Positions 16,676 to 29,400 are shown, counted from the stretch's first letter. The stretch: 64,000 nucleotides of DNA from the human T2T-CHM13v2.0 reference genome, Homo sapiens (GCF_009914755.1 NC_060925.1), one strand, 5' to 3'. Translations and numbers: made by a program. Notes: generated from the sequence alone by a model not told the origin.

Positions 16676-17379
16676 TATTCTCTTGGTGAGCATTCTCGGT
16701 GACAGACACTGAGTCTGAAGAGATAAATTCATCGTCTAAGAAGGGAAATTATTTTTCCCCATCTCATCCTTCTTTTCACCCTGAACCAAATACCCTTCTA
16801 TGGGTTAACATGTGTCCTGCGACCCCTAGACAGCCTGCATGCTGCCACAGAATTAGCATTCTGATGGCGATACTGGGGTCCTTAGAACCCTACCTTCCAC
16901 CTTCCCGACCAGATTTGGGGCTGGGTCCTCCTTCTTTGCAATGAGCTTTACTGCTCCCACCACCTCCAACATGCATGAGAGTTGAATTCCTTCTCCCCTC
17001 AGAGATGAGTGTCCCATCCTCTCACCCAGACAACCCTTTCTCGCAAAGTTACACCTACAGATGCAACCTAGATTTTGTGGGGACATTTCCAAGCTTTTAA
17101 CTCTATATAAAGTACCTCGGGTGTAGCTGCTTCTTAGTAAATTTTCATTCTCTTTCCCCTAAACCAACAAAGCTAAGCAAAAAGAAAGAAAGAAATAATA
17201 CTTTGCAAAAAACGTTCTTAATTTTTGTTTCCCTACTTGGGAGAGCTGAGGTTGCACAACAAAAATGAACGAGTGGTAGGTGCCAACAAGGGTCATGATG
17301 AAGACCCAGTACTTTCTCCTGCTGAAGATCATGAAATGATGATGAACACAATGATGATGAAGATGTTAATGGTGATGCT

Positions 17380-17625
17380 CAACATTTATTGACCCCTTAA
17401 TACCTGGAACAGGGCCAAGCTCATGACATACTCAAGCCTCACAATAACCTTATAAGGGTTATTAAGGAAGTTGAGGAAGCGGAAGGTAGGTATTATTCAT
17501 CCACATTTTATAGCTGAGGAAACTGAAGGTCAGAGAGAGCATGTCTAAGGACACATAGCTAAATAGTGGCAATTCAAACCCACATCAGTTTCTCCCTAAT
17601 GTCCTTGTTCTTAAGCTCCTCGCTC
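17380..17625 (-). mobile_element. MIR
   Basis: CCTCACAATAACCTTATAAGG...CATTTTATAGCTGAGGAAACTGAAGGTCAGAGAG. Confidence 0.8.
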
Positions 17626-19176
17626 TCCTGCTACACTAGGTGCTGGTACAGCCAGAAGCCTTCAGGTGTGTGTGAATAGACATTTGGCAGCCTCACCAAG
17701 TTCGTGTATGGCAGCTTTGCCAGCTGGACCTATACCTGGAATAACAGGAGGGGATGCAAGAGTGGACAGATGCTCCTTAGCCAAGTGACCAATGAGAGTC
17801 AGGGGATGGGAGAGCTAAGGAACAGGCAGCAGAGCTGCAGGGCAGAAGGAGCTGGGGTGGGACCTCTGGCTCTCCCTGAAGTGGAAGAGGAGTGGCCACA
17901 GCCTCACAGACAGGTCAGGCATGTGCCAGGTCAGGCAGCTGTGAAAAACCTTTGTTTCATGGCTGGGACATGGACTTGCTGACTTTCAAAGCTAAGTGGC
18001 CAGGCTGTACTTGGGAATGGAATTTAGGCTCGAGCAACTATCAGTGGCTAGAATGTGTTTCCTTCTCAGAGCATTGCAGAGCTCCACTCTGGCTCTGGGA
18101 GCAGACTAAGGCTAAGTCCATTTGGCTTGACTTAAGAGCCAGTCTGATGGATGATTTATTTAGTTTGATTCATGTGTGCGCGTGCGTGAGTGCGTGTGTG
18201 AATATATGTGTACACGTGCAGGTAGCTATCTATAAAGGTACACATATGTGTTAATATGCATCAGCCGTATGTATTCCTGTGCTCACCACCTGTGCACATG
18301 CCTGTGTAAGTACCTTGACACTTAGAGGGGTGAGTTAAATGAACAGACGCTTGTGAGCCTACCAGTTGTCTTTTTGTACTGATGGGTCAGGGCCATTGTT
18401 TGGTACAATTAACCTGGGACTCAGACTTGCAAATGAATTCAACGGGGTACTGTAGCTTGGATGCCTTCCAGCGTGTGGTGTGTAATGGGGGTTGTGTTTC
18501 AAAGCCTTCGTCACACTAGACTGCCAACTTTCCTGATACCTTGTGCTTTGGAGGACACAGGCAGAGTGGAAGTATCAGACTGGAAAATTGCCCAGTGATC
18601 TGTTACAAACATATTGTCAACTGCTGGAGCCTCCAGTGCCTGTCCCTGCAGTGATGGGTGAATGCCATTCCCTTTGGCTCTTTGGAAGCCATGTCTGTTC
18701 TGATTCATACTGCTGTGGAAAAAGCAGCATGCCTAGAGATGGAGGCATTCAAAGGCATGAGCACGTTGTCTGCGAATGAAGGATGGTCTGGGGAAGTGTG
18801 AGGGGGAAAATGCAAGCACACTCGAATATGGGAGGGAAAACTTTCCTCCCTTCTGCCTCTGCTGCTGCCTCTACCCTGTACTTGTCCCAAAGCCCCATGT
18901 CAACTGAATAACATCTCCCGTCTGCCTTTTATTATATGGATGGTGGGTTGGGGCCCTAGAGAACCCAGTTACAACATTCACCACCATCAGATCTACAAAA
19001 CAAAAGTTATTTCAAACCTGGTATTCAAAGGCCTGGGCAAAATAGACAACTGACTTCCTAATATGATTTAAGGGTCCAGAAAAGTGTCCCTATTTCAAAT
19101 TATCTACCCTTCTATTTGGATATATTTTTCGTTACTTTCTCCATTAACTCAGTTTTCGTCTTAAGGAGATACATAC

Positions 19177-19459
19177 TTTTTTTTTTTTTTTTTGGACTGA
19201 GTTTCACTCTTTTGCCCAGGCTGGAGTGAAGTGGCATGATCTCGGCTCACTGCAAACTTCGCCTCCCCAGGTTCAAGCAATTCTCCTGCCTCAGTCTCCA
19301 GGTTGAAGCAATACTCCTGCCTCAGCCTCCCGAGTAGCTGGGATTACAGGCGCCCACCACGCCTGGCTAATTTTTGTATTTTTAATACAGACAAGGTTTT
19401 GCCATGTTGGCCAGGCTGGTCTCGAACTCTTGACCTCAGGTGATCCACCCGCCTCGGCC
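19177..19459 (-). mobile_element. AluS, 5'-truncated, with internal 31-bp duplication
   Basis: poly(T), antisense Alu ending at GCCTCGGCC; CCAGGTT(C/G)AAGCAAT(T/A)CTCCTGCCTCAG present twice. Confidence 0.95.
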
Positions 19460-20665
19460 GATATGTGCATTTTTATTTAATTTACAGTTATTGTTATCTG
19501 GCCAGGGTCATGCATGAGAAAACTAACACATTAGCAGTGCTTTATTTTATTAATTAACTAATCCATTATCACCTTTGGCCCCTTGTAGAAGACTTGAGAG
19601 AATGGAATACATGATGGGCAACTTTTGATGAGAGGAGCTAGAACTGAGTTGACAGCAGTGCTGTAGGGTGTGTGTCTTGGGGGAATGCGTACATTATGAA
19701 AAACAGCTGAGATAAAAGGCAGTAAGCACACCTTTGCCTAAAGAGCTTGTAGATACCTAATAAGACAAAATAGACATGTTCACCAGTTAGGTGAAATATA
19801 CTAAAAAAGTTCCTCCAGGTTGCCTTCCTAGGATGATTATTGAGTTGGGTTGAGAAGGGCTGAGGGATTGCTTAGCATCACACAAAGCTAGTTTCTCTGG
19901 TCAGGGAGCAGGCAGGAGGTAACTACTTTGAAAAGGTACGTTATCAGATATTCAGGATGGCAGGTGTTGATGAGAATGAACACAGTGGAGGGAGGACATG
20001 AAAGTTGCTGGCTGCCTGTTCCCACTGGCCCAGGGAAGTGATGAGCATAAAGAAAACAAATAATTGAAATGGACACAAATCAATTAGATGATGACAAATA
20101 AAAATTTTAATAGCCCAGGATGAAATGTTATTAAAAATGACTTGTCTGGCCCTGATGCCTTTAGATTTACATTTAAATGTAATTAACACTGAATGGCACT
20201 TACTGCTGTTCTCATTCTGCCAGCTGATGGTGTTCTTTAGAGCGCTGTGGAGATGCCGGGAAGCATTATCTTTAGAAAATAGTCCGTCCCTATTTTCATT
20301 CATTTGTAGTTTAACTTCCCTCATTATATTGCATTAGGAGAAAGAGCATGGGTGCTTCCTGGTGCATCCACTCCTGCGGCTCATTTCCCCAGCTGAAATC
20401 ATCATCAGCTTGAGACATCACAGCCATCTCCACAGCAACCAGCTCCATCTTGAGAGCATACTCTTCAGCTCACATAGCCTTCATTCCTCTTGTTATTTAT
20501 TACTAAAATGATTTGATGTGGAAAAATAGACTTGGGTTCCTAAGACTTTGTGGCAAGTTGCTACTTCTCTTTTTCTAAAGAGATGGCTATGAAGTAAGGA
20601 AAATACGTTTCCAGAGTGAGATTGACTTGGCCCTTTGAATGCTGTCTCAAACCCTCCCCCACCAC

Positions 20666-20667
20666 TT

Positions 20668-20710
<43 letters not shown>

Positions 20711-20876
20711 TTTTGAGATAGAGTCTCGCTCTGTCGCTCAGGCTGGAGTGCAGTGGTGCAAGCATGGCTCACTGAAACCTGGACCTCTCAGGCTCAGGTC
20801 ATCCTCCTGCCTCAGCCTCTTGCATATCTGAAACAAGAACTGCTTGGGTTACAAGTATGAGCCACCATGCCCAGCC
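20666..20876 (-). mobile_element. AluJ-type, internally deleted, (TTTA)n tail
   Basis: (TTTA)n then GAGATAGAGTCTCGCTCTGTCG...GAGCCACCATGCCCAGCC. Confidence 0.9.
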
Positions 20877-21014
20877 TCTACCTCTCCCTTCTATTTCAGA
20901 CTCCTCATCATGGAAATGGAAAAGTCAATTCCTACCTTGCAGAATTGTTTGCAAAGATCAAATAATTAATGGACGCATGTGCTTTATGTGCATGATAGTA
21001 TTTTATCTACAAAG

Positions 21015-21515
21015 TAAAAGCTATTGTTCTTGTGTTATAATCCACTCCAAAATTTGATGACTTAAAACAACTTTTTTTTTTTATCTCGCATAGTTCTGTG
21101 AGTTGATGGGGCTCAGCTGGGGTTCTTCTGCTGGCCTTGCTTGGGGTCTCTTATGTGGTGCAGTCAGATGCAGCTAGGACTGAAGACGCATGGGCTCAGT
21201 GGAAATGTTGGAATGTCTGGGTCCCTCTCTCCACATGGTCTCAGGGCTTTGCCTCTCCTTGTGGCCTTTTCATATGGTGTCTCCAGGACAGACTTCTTAC
21301 AAGGCAGCTAAGGGTCCCCAAAAGCACAAAAGCAGTGTCTACCAAGCCTTTTAATGCCTACATTCTGAATTCCCAGAAGATCACATTCAGTTTCCTTCTG
21401 TTTATTCAATCGGGTCAACAGGCCAGCAGAGTTGGAAGGTGGGAGGGAACTGCACCAGGGCAGTAATATCAGGAGGCATGGCTTATTGGAGGCCATGTCT
21501 TGGAGTCTGCGCACA
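21015..21515 (-). mobile_element. MaLR solo LTR (MLT1F/H-like)
   Basis: CCACTCCAAAATTTGATGACTTAAAACAA...GGGCTCAGCTGGG...GGCCATGTCTTGGAGTCTGCGCACA. Confidence 0.7.
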
Positions 21516-21519
21516 ATGT

Positions 21520-21655
21520 TTCCATTTTACTTATGAGAAAATGTAGGCTTAGAGAGTTAAGCGGCTTTCTCAGAGTCACCAAGGTAGTAAGTAGAACTAA
21601 GATTCAACCCGAGGCATCCTGAGTATCAGAGCTTGCATCTTTGACCTCCAGTCTA
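21520..21655 (-). mobile_element. MIR
   Basis: CCATTTTACTTATGAGAAAATGTAGGCTTAGAGAGTTAAG...GATTCAACCCGAGG. Confidence 0.75.
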
Positions 21656-22199
21656 TACTAACTCTTGTGTCATGCAAAATTCCTAAAATAGGGCGTGGCA
21701 TATATAGGGTACTTACTCATGGAACCTAATTTTATTTCCTTTTCTCTTTCTTCACCTTATTTAATAACATTTATACTATATCAGTTACTCTACTTTTTAT
21801 CAAGCTTCTGTTATGTGCCAAGCACTGTGCTAAAGGTACTGAAGATAATACGGCAAACAAGACAGACCTACCCTGCCCTTGCGGTGCTTTCAGTATTTGA
21901 TATTTATGTAATTAGCAAATATAAGCTTCTTGAGCAAGCCTCCTCTAAATGAGGCCTGGCGTTTGGGATCGGCCACTGGTCTGATAGTGACTTCACTTTT
22001 TGTAGAGTGGTGGAGCCTGGAGGGGGAGCAGGATGGGAGGAGCACAGACCCACCATGCCTGCCTCTTGGCCTAGTGGTCTTGCAGCCTAGGCTTTGGGGA
22101 GGTCATCTAAGCCTGACTTGCAGATCAAAGCATGCTAGTTAATATTCCCTAGACTGCTGGTAAAGGAGGCATTCAGTTAATAATCTGTACTTTTAAAAA

Positions 22200-22940
22200 G
22201 TAACTTTTACTTTTTCTGTGTTATATGAATGATGCTAGCTCATTGGTGGAAAAGTAAGAAAATAGATAAAAGAAAAGAAAAGAAAAAAATTCCATTATTC
22301 ACTAACCAGAGGTAATAATTATTGACAATTTGGCATATGTTCTTCTTATTAGTGTTGTACTATATCAATAAATCACATTTTTATTAAGAGTATACTATGT
22401 GTCAGGAACATACTAAATGTACCTATATGTAACCAGATTCTTTTCTTTAGCAGTGTATCATGAACAACTTTCCATGCCAATAAATATAATTATACATCAT
22501 CAACTATACTTATTCATTATCTGCCAATATATGGATATTGTATAATTCATTAACCTGTTGCTTGTTATTGGACATCTGATTTCTCTGCAATTAGCATTCT
22601 TGTAGCTTAATGTATGTGCACATTCTAAAACATTTGTATATATTTCTCAGAGTGAAAACATTGAGCCAAAATCTGTGCGTATCTTTCAAGTTTTTTACTT
22701 TTTTTCCAAATTAGGAAAGATTGCACCCATCGGTGCTCAGCATTGAGTGTGTACCCATTTTCTTACTCCCTAACTAACATGAATGGTTTTTTAGCTTAAA
22801 AAATTACTACTAGTTTAATAAGCAAAATATGGTATCTTGTTTTAACGCGCGGTTACTTGATTAATATTGAGGTCTGACATTTTAATATCTATACTGACTA
22901 ATTGTACCCTTCTTTTGTAAACCGCTGGTGCCTGTCTTTC
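22200..22940 (-). mobile_element. L1ME-type 3' fragment
   Basis: TCATGAACAACTTTCCATGCCAATAAATAT...TTGTTATTGGACATCTGATT...AAAATATGGTATCTTGTTTTAA. Confidence 0.65.
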
Positions 22941-24329
22941 ATCAGTCTGGTTTCTAGGGGTGGGCTGCTTTGTCCCATATCTCAGCCCTAATATGAGCTC
23001 CATTTCTTGTGGCTAGACGGTTCTTGGTGCCTATTTCTCCCAGGCCTTGGCTACATTTCACTTCCTTTTGCACTATTGCCCTGGGTTACCTCCCCAGGGA
23101 TGGCGGTTCCATCCCTGATTCCCAGCCTGGGGATTCATTTCCTGCTACTCATTGACTAACTACCAGGTATTCAAATCTACCTGGTGCTGACTACTGGTCT
23201 TTCAGCTAGAAACTAAAAAATTGTCTGCTTCTCGAATACCCTGCCTGTTGGAATCTGCTAATCTCCCCATCCTCTGCTGATTCCTGAGGGTAGGCCTCTC
23301 TCATGCCAGCCTGTTGCCTGTCACCTGCCTTCTTGCACGATCCCCTCACATTCAGGTTCTGTTTCTCCTTTTTTCCTGTGTCCTACACCTGCTCACTCCA
23401 GGCTGATGCTACACCAGGCCTAGTCCTCTGCTGTTAACCTTGTTCTTTCCAACTATGAATACACTGTCTATTCCCAGTTTGACATGTGAGAAAATACAAA
23501 CCAGACAAACTGGCTTATCCATAACAGCATGGCAAATAAGCTAATGGTATTGTCTGTCTACGGGGGTGTCTTAATCTGAGGTCTAGATTTTAGGAGGTTT
23601 GTAAAATTCTTACAATCTCATAATTGTGTGTTTATTTGTATCTATATTTTTGGAAGAACAGGTCCTTAGTTTTGTAAGTTTCCCCAGGACTACTGATCCT
23701 CAAAACATCTACTGCATAGCCAAGAAGCATTACTGGTATTGCTACTACAGCTACCACTTTCACTAATACTATTGATAATAACATGAGTGCAAAAGCAAGA
23801 TATAGAGCATACAATTTTGGAGGAAAATAGCTGTCAGTGAAAAATGTTCTTAAATCAGCTTTTTAGGTCACCTGAGCAGCTTTCTAAAAGGACCTGTCCA
23901 ATCTCTATCTCAGGTTCTATGAAGCTCTAAAGTCTTTGGGCCCGATAGCTACAACAGTCACCTAATAAAAGTCTGCATGTCCAAAGATAATGGTGCAGGA
24001 TCATGCTCCACTCTGTCTTCCCTGATATCAGCAGCACTCTCAGACAGTTGTTGGGGAACTTCCAAAGGCAATACCTGTAAGAAGAGAAGAGAAAAACAGC
24101 TGCAGCACTTCCTGTCTGAGCAGCCACATCAGCACTGCTTTAATTAACATGAAGAACTGGAAATTATTGCTACTGACCGTGCAGAGGTAAAGGGTGTGCA
24201 GGAAGGGGAAGGTCACAAGGCACACAGGATGAGAGCAGTGCTAGCATCATTAAATCCTGCCTGCATCGCCAAATCCTGCCTACTGGACACTTTCGGGGGT
24301 CATATGTATTTCTTATGCTGATCTCACTG

Positions 24330-24446
24330 GACATTCAGCTAGAAAATCTGGGTTTGAGGCTCCTATCTGCCACTCATGATTGTGTGACTTCAGAGGAGTC
24401 TCTTTCCCTTTCCAGAAGGAAGCCTTCACTTCCTCACCAAAAAAAA

Positions 24447-24478
<32 letters not shown>

Positions 24479-24530
24479 AAGATTTGGGCAAAATGGTTTC
24501 TGAAGTCCATTCTTATTCCATCAATTCAAT
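24330..24530 (+). mobile_element. MIR relic containing a poly(A)/(GAAAA)n expansion at 24439-24480
   Basis: AAATCTGGGTTTGAGGCTCCTATCTGCCACT...TGTGTGACTT...CCTTCACTTCCTCACC then A tract. Confidence 0.6.
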
Positions 24531-24629
24531 AATTGTATTATTCTTTAAAATATTATGTCTGCAATCTTAATTTTTTTAGAAAAATAGTAGTGACATCCTG
24601 AAAGATAACTAAAAGGGATGACCAAGAAG

Positions 24630-25305
24630 GACTGATATAAAAATGGTGGATTAGGATAGTCCATCCCTCATTTCCCCAGGGAAACATCAAAAAACAAACA
24701 GAAACTGGCTAAAATACAGGACCTTACAGGAGTTATGAAAATAGTCAAAAGTCTACAGCAACCAAGCAAACATTTAATCAAGGAAAAGCTACATTCAAAG
24801 TAGGAGGCAAATTCATGGTGATTCACTTGCCCTTCTCCTACACCCTTCCCAGCATGGTACAGTGGGCCTGGAGGAGAGGCAAGCCGGTTCCCCATTCCCT
24901 TCTTTGAATCAGAAGAGCAGAGAAGACCTGAGTTGCAATGTTCCAACATGTCTGGGAGCTCCATGAAGGATGGTTCTCTGTCTCACCCAAGTTGGAACTT
25001 AAGTAAGAAGTGGCAGGGCTGCTCATGAAAGCTGCAAGAGACTACAGACCACAGATCCACAGAGCTGTTTTTCCAAATAACCAATTTTCAACAAAAATTA
25101 CAAGGCATACAAAGAAACAGGAAAACATAGCTTGTTCAAAGGAAGAAAATAAAGTGGCAGAAATCAACTCTGAAGAAACACAGACATTTGGCTTATAGAC
25201 AAAGACTTTAAAACAACTGTTTTAAATATGCTCGAAAAGCTAAAAGAAAGCACAATGAACTAATAGAAGTCAGCAAAAATCAATATATGAACAAAATGAG
25301 AATAT
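24630..25305 (+). mobile_element. old L1M 5'UTR and ORF1 start
   Basis: AAAATTACAAGGCATACAAAGAAACAGGAAAACATAG...GACAAAGACTTTAAAACAACTGTTTTAAATATGCTC; ORF track KITRHTKKQEN is ORF1-like. Confidence 0.75.
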
Positions 25306-25428
25306 CAGTGTTTCTTCTATCCATATGTGATTTTGTTATTACTTGTCCCATTTTCTTTCCACAGGCAAGTATTATAGGCACAAAATTAAATCTGGGTTAC
25401 AGTGACATTCCAAGTTGTATTCTCGATA

Positions 25429-25752
25429 CAGTAGTCCCCCATTATCGGCAAAGAATAAGTTCAAAGACCCCTAGTGGATGCTTAAAGCTGCAGATTGTAC
25501 AGAACCCTATATACACTGTTTATTCCTATAATGGGCACGTATCACACAGAGCATATATACACTGGAAAAAGGGATTGCTCATGTCTCAGATGGCATGGAG
25601 CAATATTTCATCATGGTACTGAGAACAGCATGCAATTTTAAACTTATAAATAGTTTGTTTCTGGAATTTTTTATTTAATATTTTTAGACTGCAGTTGATC
25701 ACAAGTAACTGAAACCATAAAAAGTGAAACCATGAATAAAGAGGGACTGCTG
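25429..25752 (-). mobile_element. MER44A-like (Tigger7-derived) MITE, both ends present
   Basis: TA|CAGTAGTCCCCCATTATC ... GAATAAAGAGGGACTGCTG|TA inverted termini with TA TSD. Confidence 0.88.
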
Positions 25753-26143
25753 TATCTTCTACATTTTGGGAACTATGCTAGGTGCATTACATACTTGGTA
25801 TACTTTTTTACTTAATTCACCCAACAACTCTACAAAGGTATTATGATCATACTCCTTTACAGACAACGGTCATATAATTCTCTTATGCCCTCTTGATATC
25901 TGAAGTCATTTGTGGCTGCAGAGAAATTGCTGGAGGTTATCCCCACTACTTCCCCACAATTGGCACCATTGTCTCCTCACCCATGTTTAAGCCTCTTTTC
26001 CGTGATGCCCATCCTAACTAAGCTCCTCTGTGCTCTATATCCTATGCACCTTTGTGTAACCCTTTTACTTTGTGAGATGCATTTCTCCCCTCTTACAACC
26101 AGGGCTGTGAGTGTCAAAAGGTTCATGCAAATAATGACTGGAC

Positions 26144-26320
26144 GGTGGTTTCTGGACAAGGCAGATTATTAGAACTATCCCAAGAGACTTTTTAAAAATA
26201 CAGATTCTTAAACTCCGCTTAAGATCTGATCAGATTCTCCAAGAGTGAGGCCAAGGTTTTGGTGTGGGTAAACTCTCCTGTGGGTAATGTCGGTGTCAAT
26301 CAGGCTTTGGGGAACTGCTG
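26144..26320. mobile_element. MER5-family MITE
   Basis: CGGTGGTTTCT...TTTTAAAAATACAGATTC...GGCTTTGGGGAACTGCTG. Confidence 0.6.
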
Positions 26321-26465
26321 TGGGGACTCCAAGCAGATTGCTCTTGGTACAGGGAAAGTTTACCCACAGCAGCAGTCAGAGAAGACTCAACTGAGGAAGT
26401 CAAACTCCACCTGGTTTTTAAGGACACATGAAATTCAGATAAATGATGATGATTGAGAGGACATT

Positions 26466-26541
26466 TCATCCTTGCACAGAGGCCATGTTAATCTTCTCTG
26501 TATCCTTCCAATTTTAGTATATGTGCTGCTGAAGTGAGCAC
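26466..26541 (-). pseudogene. U6 snRNA retropseudogene, 3'-truncated (about nt 1-76)
   Basis: reverse complement reads GTGCTCACTTCAGCAGCACATATACTAAAATTGGAAGGATACAGAGAAGATTAACATGGCCTCTGTGCAAGGATGA, matching the U6 5' portion including the ACAGAGA box; flanking direct repeats. Confidence 0.96.
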
Positions 26542-26967
26542 TGAAAGGGCATTTCAGACAGGATAGATGTTAAACAGGATACAGAGGCAGGGAAACATGT
26601 GACCTATTAAGAAATAATGGAAAATGTTAGTCAGGGAGTAATCACTGTTCCTGATGCTTGCCTCCATGTAGACAGAATTCTGTTAGAGTAACAGTCCTGG
26701 CCTCTCTTTATCCCTTCATTCATTCTACCAGTGCAGTTTAGGGAAGAAGTTTAGCCTGTGCTTTCCAGCACCTGCCCTTCCTCCTCTTTGGGAGTCAGCT
26801 GCTTGGGGACAAGACAGGAGCTGCCCTGCTCCCCCACGTCATAGCTTTCAGGAGCAGGTTCTACTCCTGCATCCCACACTACCTGAGGCTAGGTGGGTAG
26901 AACCTTGGGGTTTCAGTATTAATTACTCTACTAGCCTGAAGTTATATGCCACATTCTTCAATATTAA

Positions 26968-27319
26968 TGTCTTAGTTCAGGCTGCTATAACAAAGTAACA
27001 TAGACTGAATGGCTTGTAAACAACAGATCTTATTTCTCACAGTTCTGCAGGCTGGAAATCTGAGATCGGGGTTTCAGCATGGTTAGTTCTACTGAGAGCT
27101 CTCTACCAGGTTGCATACTGCTGACTTCTTGAATACTTACATGGCAGAAAGAGGGTGAATGAGCTCTCTAGGGTCCCTTTTATAAAGGCATTAATCTCAT
27201 TTGTAAAGTCTCCACCCTTATGACCTGATTACCTCCCAAAGGCCTTATCTCCTAATACTATCACATTGGGAGTTAGGATTTCAACATATGAATTTGTTGA
27301 AAATGTTCAGTCCATTGCA
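26968..27319 (-). mobile_element. MaLR solo LTR (MLT1A-like)
   Basis: TGTCTTAGTTCAGGCTGCTATAACAAAG...GATTTCAACATATGAATTT...CAGTCCATTGCA; near-TSD ATTAA/ATTAG. Confidence 0.92.
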
Positions 27320-27514
27320 ATTAGCCACTTAGAAAATAAAGGTAATATGTTCATCTCCTTTCTACCTTACTCATTTATTTCTTAATTGTCTTAGAACTCA
27401 GCTAAGAAAGAAGGGTGCTATTTATTAGGTCCCTCAATCCCCCAATAGGACAACAGTGTTGAAAAAGAAAGATGAGGTCAGATTAAAAAGCACCTAGCAT
27501 GCCAAACTTCATAC

Positions 27515-27822
27515 AAGGGGTTCTTAAATTTCTTGAGGTCACAGAGTTTTTTGAGGCTCTGATAAAAGTCATGAACATTCTCCCCAGTTAAAGATATATT
27601 ATCAAAATTATCAGGGAGGTTCTTTTAAAAAAATACAGACTCCCAAATCCCACCCAAGATCTCCTGAGTCAGTTTCTTCAATGGTGTAACATGCATTTTG
27701 ATGTAGGTAAAATCTTCTGCAGAGAAATCTAATGTTCATTTAGCATTACATGCTATTTCAGGGTATCCATACATTTCCTGAAGCCTATCCATGGCTGTTC
27801 TTTCCCAATGTTAAGAACTCTA
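27515..27822. mobile_element. probable hAT-Charlie MITE relic(s)
   Basis: CAAGGGGTTCTTAAA...GTTAAGAACTCTAG termini; inner MER5-like TTAAAAAAATACAGACTCCCA. Confidence 0.45.
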
Positions 27823-29214
27823 GCTTTAGGCAACAAGGGCAATTGTGTTCCAGGCATGACAAAAGAGACATGGCAGGCTTAGTGATGTGGTTCTGATAGT
27901 GATGTGGGCATTTCGTCTCAAATCTAAATTGACTCTACAAATAATTATAAGCTTGAAAGAGCAAAAAGGTCCTCCTTCTTGAATTTCCTTGGTGGAATCC
28001 ATGGCAGATCTGTGCAGGCCTCTGGGAGCCTGATGGAAAGAGGCTAACCACCCCCTTACTGGAGAACACTGGGAAACACAAGGGTTCTGTTGTTTTGGGA
28101 TTCCTATGGCTCCATGACATGGCTCTCATGTCAGATGATGGGTTACGAAATAAATGGGTGATGTTATACTTGGCTTTTCTCATTAGCATTTCTTTTGCCT
28201 TTACATTCCCCCCACTCCCCCCAAAAAACTCCCACCAAATTGCAGCTGCTTCTTCCTTAACCTAAAGCATATAATGCTAGCAATTTTGGAAATGGAAACA
28301 AGCTAGTCTGTCCATAAATCTCCAGAGCATTGTAGACTAATACATTAAAATTAAAGGGAAACAGAAGCCATCACTGCAAATTGCAACATTATTGTTCAAG
28401 CCAAGATCGTCCTAATTATAAACTAGCATTTTTATAGATGTCACAGGGGCTGTTTTAGTGCTGCTTTGCTGATGCTAAAAAGATAGTGTGGAACTGTGAT
28501 CAGGGATTCTCACACTACTGTCTAACTGGAGGAAAAAAGAGTTAATTAGACTCTTTTTGGCATATTAGTGAAGACAGGCTTATTAGACACATTTACAAGC
28601 TAATGATATGCCTATACTCTGCTATCAGAAAATGCATTTAAATAAACTGATTTACAGTTCAGCCATTTTCATTTCTTTAACCCATATATTCATGATTACC
28701 CACATTTAATTTACATGGAATCAGAATATTTCTGGGGCCCACTCTGCAAGGTGCTAATGATATGTTGTTCTCTGCTCATCCTGCCTTTCCAAACCTATCT
28801 TGGACCACAGGTAGCCCCCACCATACTTGTTGTTCACTTTCTAGGTTGAATAGCCTTGATTTCCCTAAAGTCCATTGAACCAACAGTGATGGGTTTCAGA
28901 GCTGTCACTCATGAAGACGGCAAATGTGGGAGGGAGAGGGGGTAGACATTGTGGGGACAGGCAGAAGGCAGTAGCTAAATGGCTTGGGTAACTAGTGCCA
29001 CACTCCTCTCCTGAGCTTCCTGGGGAAGGGAGCAAGCATGGAAGGACAGGGGCATTTCTTTCCCCAGCTCAGAAACAGAAGGCCTCCCAGTGAGTCCTGA
29101 GTCATACATTTGGGGCCAAGATAAACCCCTTCTCCATTGAAGCTGACCTTTCACAGTGCTTTTAGTGCTCGTTCTGATAAACACAGCCATCTAAGCCTGT
29201 CACAGCTGGAGAGC

Positions 29215-29400
29215 CTGTTTCTGCCACAACAGGCTACTTCAGCTCCCTAACCCCTGGTTTCCACATTTGTAAGATAGAGATCATAGCAGTTCTTTTCTCA
29301 AAGTGTTTTTGAGAAGATTAAATGTGCTACTGCATGTAAAGTGTCTAGCAAACTGTCTGGCCTGTGGTAAGTGCTCAATAAATGTTACCTGGGATCATTC
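29215..29400 (+). mobile_element. MIR
   Basis: GAGAAGATTAAATGTGCTACTGCATGTAAAGTGTCTAGCA...GTAAGTGCTCAATAAATGTTA. Confidence 0.8.

Noticed and set aside
18172-18255. Alternating purine-pyrimidine tract as a Z-DNA element
   Set aside because: Short, interrupted (TG)n-type microsatellite, common genome-wide.
26466-26541. Functional U6 snRNA gene
   Set aside because: 3' third missing, several substitutions, TSD-flanked, no evident upstream PSE/TATA.
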